From Trichodesmium erythraeum IMS101 (GTDB lineage: Bacteria > Cyanobacteriota > Cyanobacteriia > Cyanobacteriales > Microcoleaceae): a stretch of DNA of 32,000 bases. The first letter of the stretch is position 1. Every line of letters starts with the position of its first letter. Location: the NCBI RefSeq assembly GCF_000014265.1, contig NC_008312.1:4200001-4232000 (forward strand). The letters are read 5' to 3'. A program made the position numbers and the translations under genes. This document shows, in pieces, positions 20,709 to 28,934 of the stretch. Below the pieces are notes generated by a model, which was not told the DNA's origin, ran no database searches, and worked only from the letters and a program-made list of their open reading frames with translations.

Positions 20709-21551
20709 ATGTATATGTCAAATAAAAATAGCTTAAAATGTAGTATTTCTGGTGTGTTCATTATTGCTTATAAAGAAGATACAACAATTCTAGAAAAAAC
20801 TTTACAGGAACAAGGTTTTAATTATGAACTTCTTAGGCAAAAATATGAGCCAGAATATAAAAGTTATTCTCCCAGTTATCTGACTCTTCTTAACCATAAA
20901 AATGCTTGGATAAAAGCAAGTGAAGAAGAGAAATCAAGTTTAATTATTGAGGCTGACTTTGTTCCTGTCATAAACTTTGGTTTATTACCTTTACCTTTCA
21001 ATTTAGAAAATTATAATGTTGGTATAGCTTGGCTTTACACTTGTGCTCCTCAAATCTATAGTGTTTCTGATGAAAATTATGCTCAAGGTTTTTCAACTTC
21101 TGCAGTGGCTTATATTGTTACACCACGATCAGCTCTCGAATTAATTGAACTAGAAAATGAAGTTCGTCTGAATTCTGGAACTAATAATTATTCAACATGG
21201 GATTCTACTATTGATGAATTTTTAAGAGGTAGAGGTTTCCAAAATTTTGTTCCTTTTCGGAATTATGGGGAACATGGAGGATTACCTAATTTAGAACATT
21301 ATCGTTATGGTTTAAGTAGAGTTCATAGAGCTGACATTCTTTATGATCGACTAGCTTTTATGCCAATATATGCTGGTAGGGATAAGTTTAAAATATGGAG
21401 ATTATTTAGGGAAAGATTTCAGGGGAGATTGAAAGGTATATTGCGTTTACTTTTTGGTAAATATTTACGATTAAAAATAATCAGGAATTCTAGTTTTCCT
21501 CTCAGGCTAATTCGCTTTGCAGTTTGGCGTCAATTATTTTTGAGAATTTAG
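20709..21551 (+). CDS. hypothetical protein, possibly glycosyltransferase family 25-like, with a basic amphipathic C-terminal tail
   Basis: 280-aa ORF. The pattern LTLLNHKNAWIKA ... SLIIEADFVP ... AYIVTPRSALELIE resembles the GT25 layout (weak, from memory). Its last 78 bp form part of array 3. Confidence 0.65.
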   Translation: MYMSNKNSLKCSISGVFIIAYKEDTTILEKTLQEQGFNYELLRQKYEPEYKSYSPSYLTLLNHKNAWIKASEEEKSSLIIEADFVPVINFGLLPLPFNLENYNVGIAWLYTCAPQIYSVSDENYAQGFSTSAVAYIVTPRSALELIELENEVRLNSGTNNYSTWDSTIDEFLRGRGFQNFVPFRNYGEHGGLPNLEHYRYGLSRVHRADILYDRLAFMPIYAGRDKFKIWRLFRERFQGRLKGILRLLFGKYLRLKIIRNSSFPLRLIRFAVWRQLFLRI

Positions 21552-22561
21552 GGAATAGGTAATTTTAATAGGGAGAAGGAGGAGATGGTAAGGTTTGAAC
21601 TTTAGAACATTTTTTTGTGTTTTATATTAGTATTTAAATTTTTGTTCGGATGATTTTTTGTATTATCTGAACTTTATGGAATTAAGATAAATATGATTTG
21701 TTATCCAATAATTATGAATAATCAACTACAATTCTCTTACAAATAAAAGTAATCAGGAATTCTAGTTTTCCTCTCAGGCTAATTCGCTTTGCAGTTTGGC
21801 GTCAATTATTTTTGAGAATTTAGGGAATAGGTAATTTTAATAGGGAGAAGGAGGAGATGGTAAGGTTTTAACTTTAGAACATTTTTTTGTATTTTATATT
21901 AGTATTTAAATTTTTGTTCGGATGATTTTTTGTATTATCTGAACTTTATGGAATTAAGATAAATATGATTTGTTATCCAATAATTATGAATAATCAACTA
22001 AAATTCTCTTACAAATAAAAATAATCAGGAATTCTAGTTTTCCTCTCAGGCTAATTCGCTTTGCAGTTTGGCGTCAATTATTTTTGAGAATTTAGGGAAT
22101 AGGGAATTTTAATAGGGAGAAGGAAGAGATGGTAAGGTTTGAACTTTAGAACATTTTTTTGTGTTTTATATTAGTATTTAAATTTTTGTTCGGATGATTT
22201 TTTGTATTATCTGAACTTTATAGACTTAAGATAAATATGATTTGTTATCCAATAATTATGAATAATCAACTAAAATTCTCTTACAAATAAAAATAATCAG
22301 GAATTCTAGTTTTCCTCTCAGGCTAATTCGCTTTGCAGTTTGGCGTCAATTATTTTTGAGAATTTAGGGAATAGGGAATTTTAATAGGGAGAAGGAAGAG
22401 ATGGTAAGGTTTGAACTTTAGAACATTTTTTTGTGTTTTATATTAGTATTTAAATTTTTGTTCGGATGATTTTTTGTATTATCTGAACTTTATAGACTTA
22501 AGATAAATATGATTTGTTATCCAATAATTATGAATAATCAACTAAAATTCTCTTACAAATA
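21474..22561. repeat. tandem array 3: 272-bp unit x4, spanning the upstream gene 3' end, the intergenic region and the sfsA 5' end
   Basis: The anchor aatcaggaat occurs at 21479, 21751, 22023 and 22295. The junctions (tacaaata|aaaataatcagg) lie in an aaata microhomology. Copies are near-identical. Confidence 0.95.
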
Positions 22562-23261
22562 TCCTTCTCTTGAACCAGGTATTTTAATTAAACGTTATAA
22601 AAGGTTTCTGGCAGATATAGAGTTAAAGTCTGGAGGAATTATTACTGCTCACTGCCCAAATACGGGTCCAATGACTGGAGTTTCTACTCCGGGAAGTAAT
22701 GTTATGGTTTCTTATAGTAATAATCCAAAACGAAAATTAGCTTACACTTGGGAATTAATTGAAGTAACTGATAATGAACCGACTTGGGTGGGAATTAATA
22801 CGGCTTTACCAAATCGAGTTATTAAGTTGGCGTTGGCCGAAAATTTATTTCCTGAATTGGGAGATTATTATGAAGTTAAAACGGAAGTTGTTTATGGAAA
22901 AGATAGGAAAAGTAGGGTTGATTTTAAGTTAATTAGTGAGACTAAAAATATTTATCTTGAGGTTAAGAATACTACTTGGGCAGATGGAAGAGTTGCTTTA
23001 TTTCCAGATACGGTTACAAAAAGAGGGCAAAAACATTTACGTGAATTAATAGGGGTAGTTGAACAAGGGGAAAGAGCTGTATGTTTGTTTTTGATAAATC
23101 GTGGTGATTGTTATCAGTTTGCTCCTGGAGATGTTGCTGATCATGATTATGGTAAACTTTTGAGAGAAGCTATGATTAAAGGGGTGGAAATTTTGCCTTG
23201 TAGATTTATAGTTACTCCTCAAGAAATTAATTATTTGGGGATAGCAGAATTTATCAATTAG
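22509..23261 (+). CDS. sfsA: DNA/RNA nuclease SfsA (sugar fermentation stimulation protein homologue)
   Basis: GILIKRYKRFLADIEL ... AHCPNTGPM ... RVDF ... LEVKNTT ... KRGQKHLRELI is the SfsA signature layout. The real start is probably the second ATG at 22530 (MNNQLKF). Confidence 0.92.
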   Translation: MICYPIIMNNQLKFSYKYPSLEPGILIKRYKRFLADIELKSGGIITAHCPNTGPMTGVSTPGSNVMVSYSNNPKRKLAYTWELIEVTDNEPTWVGINTALPNRVIKLALAENLFPELGDYYEVKTEVVYGKDRKSRVDFKLISETKNIYLEVKNTTWADGRVALFPDTVTKRGQKHLRELIGVVEQGERAVCLFLINRGDCYQFAPGDVADHDYGKLLREAMIKGVEILPCRFIVTPQEINYLGIAEFIN

Positions 23262-24220
23262 GATATTGATTTTTGGATAAAAAAACTTAATAAAATATTC
23301 AATCGTTTTAAGTATGAGAAGTTGTTTGAGAAGTACTTTTAGAATTTTATTAATGTTTTTAAAATGTACTTTTTTTCAACTATTTTAAAGAATATATTGG
23401 GGGTTTTAAAGTTTATATTATGTTGAAAATAGGTTACGAGATATTTTTTTATAGGTTGATAAGCTGCTTCTGAACTTATGTGATTTTTTTTATCTATAGT
23501 AGGTGATTATAAATTTAGTTTTTACAATAGTTAGATACTTTCTATGACACATACTATAATAGTGGTAAATAAATTTTATTTTTGGAATTGATAATTATGG
23601 TTTACTGATTAACTATCAAATGATTAACTAATATTGATAAGTGCTCTTTTTTTGTTGAAAAAAATGGCGACTTTTCAGTCTATAAAGCTAGCTTATATTA
23701 TTTTTTTTAGCTAACCATGGCAGATGGCAGCAAGGAACAAATATATGTGGATACTTTTTAATTATTTTCTATTTATTCTGGCTCCTAACTCTTGGCTTTT
23801 ACTGTAACTAACACATACTTTTTCAGTAAGCTATAATTAATTTTTTTGGTCGATAGAGATTAATTTATTATAATAGTTTAATCGATGGTAATTAAAGCAA
23901 ATAAGAGTTTTAAAACTTTCCATTTTTTTGTCTGCTAATATTTGGATATGCTAAGTATCATCTTCACGAAGATAGAAAATAAATGTATAGTAAAAAATAT
24001 TTTTTATGCTTTATTTTCAATTTTGTTAATTTATGAAAAAAATATTTTAATGCTTATAAAAACCTGTACTTCTCTAGGCTATAAGTATAAAACTTAATTC
24101 TTCTAATATATTAATATATAAATTTAGTAGTTGCTATAAATCAAGAATAATCTTATATATTTTTTAATTTTGCTGCACCACTAAATTAATCATTATTGAC
24201 TTATTTTGCTGTGCCAAGAA

Positions 24221-24363
24221 TACTTCAATCAATATTTTTTCTCTATCAATATGCAAAAAAAAAGGGTTGCCTAAATTATAATTGTAAGTGGATAAAAATA
24301 CTTTAATCAATATTTTTTCTCTATCAATATGCAAAAAAAGGGTGACTTAAATTATAATTGTAA
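24221..24363. repeat. direct duplication, about 66-bp core with a 78-bp period, x2
   Basis: tactt[c/t]aatcaatattttttctctatcaatatgcaaaaaaa..ggg...aaattataattgtaa occurs at 24221 and 24299, about 160 bp upstream of the nuclease gene. Confidence 0.85.
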
Positions 24364-24521
24364 TCAGTTATCTTTTAGTCGTTTCAAGTCTTCAGACATA
24401 GAATAAATAGCAAATTATATTGAGAAAAGTTTTGACTATTATGTTGAATATTTATTTGATAAATATCTTCTATATAGATACTTCAATACGTTAGTAAGAC
24501 TAACATTATAAAAGAGAGAAA

Positions 24522-25331
24522 ATGCTAATATTACCCCGAAAAATTAATCTAGGAATCATAATAATTTTACTCACATTCAGCAGTGGATGTTCTCTATTCC
24601 TAAAACCATCTCCCAAAGTTCATATCACTTTAGGAAACCCAAGTAATGCCACAACTAATATGGAGAATTCAGATAATTATTTAATAGAAAAATCCCAATA
24701 TGTATTGTCATATAACCGAAATAAAGGAATAGCAAACTGGGTGAGTTGGCAACTGAATAAATCTTGGTTAGGATATGTAGAAAGACAGGATGATTTTCGC
24801 CCAGATGAGAGTTTGCCTGAAGACTGGTATCATGTTAAAACTAATAATTATATAAATAGTGGTTATGACCGAGGACATTTAATTCCTTCAGCAGACCGAA
24901 CTGCTAATGAGAATGATAATTCAGCTACGTTTTTAATGACTAATATAATTCCCCAAAGTCCAAATAATAATCGGGAAACTTGGCGGGAGCTGGAAGAATA
25001 TTCTCGGGAACTTGTAAAGGCAGGAAATGAGCTTTATATTATTGCTGGAGGGTATAGAAAAAAAGGAAATATTGCTGGTGGTAAGGTGACTATTCCTAGT
25101 CGGTTATGGAAAGTTATAGTAGTTTTAAAATCTGGTGTTGGTGTGAGAGGAGTTGATAAAAATACTAGGGTTATTGCAGTGGATATGCCTAATTCTAATC
25201 GAATTAGAAGTGACTGGAAAGCTTACCGAGTTTCTGTAGATAAAATTGAATCTTCTACTGGTTATGATTTTCTTTCAAAAGTTCCAAAAGAAATTCAAGA
25301 TGTGATCGAAAGTCGAGTTGATAATAGGTAA
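24522..25331 (+). CDS. nucA: secreted DNA/RNA non-specific endonuclease (Serratia/Anabaena NucA family)
   Basis: 269 aa. It has an N-terminal signal peptide with a possible lipobox (LLTFSSGC), the beta-beta-alpha-metal motif DRGHLIP and the downstream NIIPQSPNNNRETW. Confidence 0.9.
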   Translation: MLILPRKINLGIIIILLTFSSGCSLFLKPSPKVHITLGNPSNATTNMENSDNYLIEKSQYVLSYNRNKGIANWVSWQLNKSWLGYVERQDDFRPDESLPEDWYHVKTNNYINSGYDRGHLIPSADRTANENDNSATFLMTNIIPQSPNNNRETWRELEEYSRELVKAGNELYIIAGGYRKKGNIAGGKVTIPSRLWKVIVVLKSGVGVRGVDKNTRVIAVDMPNSNRIRSDWKAYRVSVDKIESSTGYDFLSKVPKEIQDVIESRVDNR

Positions 25332-25652
25332 ATAATAGGTAAATTATATCTCAATTTGAAAGGTAAAGAAGTCATAAGTTAGATTTATTTGATTACGTTT
25401 AATATAGATGTTTTGATTAGGGCGATCGCTAATTATAATTAAAGAGGAAGATATGTAAGTATTCAGCTATCAGCTATAAGGAAAAATTAGCTCCCAAGAA
25501 TAATTAAAAGTTCTACACTGAAAAGATGACAAGCTTTATTTAGTAATTTTGAATTTCATGTATTTTTTTGTGCAGTATGACCAGGGAAAAGCGCTCAAGC
25601 TGAATACTAATAGCTGAATTTTTCCTTTAGTACGGGTAATAATAACTAATAT

Positions 25653-26056
25653 TTAAGTCTCAATATAAACTGTAGCTAAACCAGCATAATTTCCAGTATT
25701 AGTCCTACCAATTATATCAATATAAATTTCAATTCTACCAACTTTATATACTTTTAAATCACTTAAATATTGCTGCATTTTCTTAACATTTTTTTGATAT
25801 CTTTTAACCCTCTCATACTCTTTAGAATTATACCTAAAAGTTAGTATAATTTATAATTGAAAAAGCCATCAAATTCTATGACTTTAATTGAAGTATCCAA
25901 ATAATATCTAGTAATTTTCAAAACAACTTCATTATCCAGTAAAACTTTTTCAGCCAATTCCCAGTTCAAAACTTCAAAAGGATAATCAAATTCACTCATC
26001 CATAGTAAACCCTTGAACGCTTCATCTAGGAGCTCAAAAACTTCTAAATTAGTCAT
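25653..26056 (-). pseudogene. nuiA: nuclease A inhibitor (NuiA)-like gene with a 1-nt frameshift
   Basis: N-terminal ORF 25841..26056 (LLWMSEFDYPFEVLNWE, NuiA-like). The C-terminal part continues in another frame to the TAA at 25653-25655 (YERVKRYQKNVKKMQQYLSDLKVYKVGRIEIYIDIIGRTNTGNYAGLATVYIET). The frame switch must lie within about 25841-25853. The total of 404 nt is about 134 codons once one base is restored. Confidence 0.8.
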
Positions 26057-26412
26057 AAAGATTTTCCAACTTTCTTCTTACTTCTTCTCTTATCAATAGT
26101 TTATTGAGGTAGAATATCTAACCTACATTTACTAACCCAACATTCAACAATTTTATCATTTCTCCAATAATACCTATTTATAATCATAATCCTAATGTTG
26201 CTTAGGGATAATCATATTAACTCTCAATAGCTACCCGTTAATATTTTTTTGTGAATAAGCGATCGCTATTTTAATTATCAGTTATCCCTTGTAAAATCTA
26301 GATTTCAAAACTGCGAACATCAAGTAATATTAATACTTAAGCTTTTTCCTTATTTTTTTGATTATAAGTTGTCTAAAATACAATCATAAACTGTAAAGTG
26401 GAGCGATCGCTT

Positions 26413-27732
26413 ATGACAATGACCATGGTAGAAAAAATCCTGGCCAAAGCATCAGGAAAATCTACTGTTAACCCTGGAGAAAATATTTGGGTGAATGTTG
26501 ATGTATTAATGACCCATGATGTTTGTGGTCCTGGTACCATTGGCATTTTCAAACGAGAATTTGGTGAAAATGCCAAAGTTTGGGACAAAGAAAAAATTGT
26601 CCTGATACCAGACCACTATATTTTTACTGCCGACGAACGGGCAAACCGCAACGTAGATATTTTGCGAGACTTTGCCCAAGAACAAAACATCAAATATTTC
26701 TACGACATTATTGAACGGTCAAACTTCAAAGCCAACCCAGACTACAAAGGAGTTTGCCATGTAGCCCTGGCCCAAGAAGGTCATACTCGTCCGGGAGAAG
26801 TCCTATTTGGTACTGACTCCCACACTTGTAACGCAGGAGCTTTTGGAGAATTTGCTACAGGTATCGGTAATACAGATGCTGCCTTTATTGCAGGTACAGG
26901 CAAACTATTGGTCAAAGTGCCAGCAACTATGCGCTTTATCTTGAATGGGGAAATGCCCAATTATTTATTAGCAAAAGATTTGATACTTCAAATTATTGGA
27001 GATATTTCTGTATCAGGTGCTACTTATAGAACAATGGAATTTGCTGGGGAAACTGTTGGACAAATGACCATGGAAGAACGGATGACCCTATGCAATATGG
27101 TTATTGAAGCGGGGGGTAAAAATGGAGTTATTGCTCCCGATGAGATGACCTTTGAATATTTGCGGGGTAGAACCGATAAACCATTTGAGTCATTTTATTC
27201 TGATAAAAATGCCGAATTTTATAGCGATCGCTCCTATGATGTCACAAAATTAGAACCTGTAGTAGCTAAACCCCATTCTCCAGATAATAAGGAACTTGCC
27301 CGTAACTGTCAGGATGTTAAAATTGACCGAGTTTATATTGGTTCCTGTACTGGAGGAAAAACTTCTGACTTTCTTCATGCAGCGAAACTTATTAAAGATC
27401 ATCAAGTGAAAGTTCCGACTTATTTAGTACCAGCAACTCAGAAAGTTTATGAGGATTTATTTATTATTAAACATGATGGAAAAACTCTCTCAGAAATATT
27501 TTTAGATGCTGGTTGTATTGAACCTGCAGCTCCATCTTGTGCCGCTTGTTTAGGAGGACCAAAAGATACATTTGGGCGATTAAATGAACCGGAAATTTGT
27601 GTGTCTACAACTAATCGTAATTTTCCTGGTCGAATGGGAAATAAACAGGCACAAGTCTATTTAGCTTCTCCCTATACAGCAGCAGCTTCAGCTTTAACTG
27701 GATATGTTACTGACCCAAGAGAATTTATGTAA
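26413..27732 (+). CDS. leuC: aconitase-family dehydratase large subunit, short (archaeal-type) LeuC/HacA-like 3-isopropylmalate dehydratase
   Basis: The ORF opens at GTG 26398; ATGs at 26413, 26419 and 26425 give MTMVEKILAK. Fe-S and active-site blocks DSHTCNAGAFG, GSCTGG and CAACLGG are present, as is NRNFPGRMG. Confidence 0.88.
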   Translation: MTMTMVEKILAKASGKSTVNPGENIWVNVDVLMTHDVCGPGTIGIFKREFGENAKVWDKEKIVLIPDHYIFTADERANRNVDILRDFAQEQNIKYFYDIIERSNFKANPDYKGVCHVALAQEGHTRPGEVLFGTDSHTCNAGAFGEFATGIGNTDAAFIAGTGKLLVKVPATMRFILNGEMPNYLLAKDLILQIIGDISVSGATYRTMEFAGETVGQMTMEERMTLCNMVIEAGGKNGVIAPDEMTFEYLRGRTDKPFESFYSDKNAEFYSDRSYDVTKLEPVVAKPHSPDNKELARNCQDVKIDRVYIGSCTGGKTSDFLHAAKLIKDHQVKVPTYLVPATQKVYEDLFIIKHDGKTLSEIFLDAGCIEPAAPSCAACLGGPKDTFGRLNEPEICVSTTNRNFPGRMGNKQAQVYLASPYTAAASALTGYVTDPREFM

Positions 27733-27749
27733 ATTTCCTGTTTATGGGA

Positions 27750-28071
27750 GATGAACTTTTATGTTGTATCTTTGTAAATTAAGAATTTGTTAGTTATTTA
27801 GGAGTTAAAAGGTAGGGATAAATAATTTAGGAAGAAGCTTAAAAAATCCTTCAATATTCCCTATCTATCCTATTTATTAAAATATATCTTTTCTGGAATT
27901 AGCTCCAATTGATGAGACTTGATGTTGTATATTTGTGAATTGAGAATCTATTAGTTATTTAGGAGTTAAAAGGTAGGAATAAATAATTTAGGAAAAAGCT
28001 TGAAAATTTCTTCAATATTCCCTATCTATTCTATTTATTAAAATATATCTGTTCTGGAATTAGCTCCAATT
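27750..28071. repeat. tandem duplication, 161-bp unit x2
   Basis: gatga[a/g]ac.t..atgttgtat.tttgt.aatt.agaat ... ttaggagttaaaaggtagg ... ttcaatattccctatcta ... tggaattagctccaatt occurs at 27750 and 27911. There are several substitutions between the copies. Confidence 0.85.
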
Positions 28072-28455
28072 ATTGATATGCTTTTACATCCTCCTTAAGT
28101 TCAAATTTAAGTGAGTTATCTATGGGTCATGCCTGGGAAATATTTAGCTAAACTTGTTACATATATGATCAATATTAATATGATCAAAAAGTCGAATTAT
28201 TAAAGGGGGATAAAAAGCGATGTCTATGTTCTTAGATTAAATAAACAAGTAGACAAAATTAATTACGTATTTTGTCAACCTAAATTTATTATACTGTACA
28301 TCTCCCATAAAATTAGGCGAGGGTTACAATTAAGTTTTTAGTGGTTATGACGATCTGCAATTTATCAGAATTTATCTAATGACTAATTTTTTTTAATTGA
28401 TTGATATAAACTATGTGAGTAATCTTGAATTTAAAAATAAATCAACATTAATATC

Positions 28456-28489
28456 AGGGTGTCGGTTAGCAATGCTCAAGCGACACCCT
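28456..28489. other. isolated GC-rich perfect hairpin (9-bp stem, 16-nt loop)
   Basis: agggtgtcg (28456-28464) and cgacaccct (28481-28489) pair perfectly in an otherwise AT-rich, ORF-free spacer between convergent genes. Confidence 0.3.
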
Positions 28490-28934
28490 TACTAATATAA
28501 TAATTATTATCATTTTTATTATTTATCATCATTTTTAATGGTTGCTTATATTCTTTAAATCCTTAGAATACAATTTTTTGAGGCATTGTTACTATGACAT
28601 GTAGCATCCTAGGAAAGGTCAAAGTTCTTTTAGGCTTAGACTTGGCAGGAAAGCATATCTAATATCTGGGGAAGATATCAATAGAATTTTTATCAAGTGA
28701 ATTAGAGTTAGTACTAAAAAAAAAGGAACAGAAATGAAAATTTCAGATTTTAGATTTATTTTACAGATATTTTATATCTATATCTAAATATCTATATTTA
28801 ATCTTTAAGGAATATTTCCTTATTAACCAATACAGTTTGAATAATACCAAAATTCAGGTATATATAGAGCCATTATATGAGCTTTTCAGATGACATAATT
28901 ACCAAAAAAAAATCCTTAACTAAACCCCATTATT

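Noticed and set aside
26373-26588. ORF 26373..26588 (-)
   Set aside because: It is antisense to the 5' end of the leuC-like CDS, and no motif was found.
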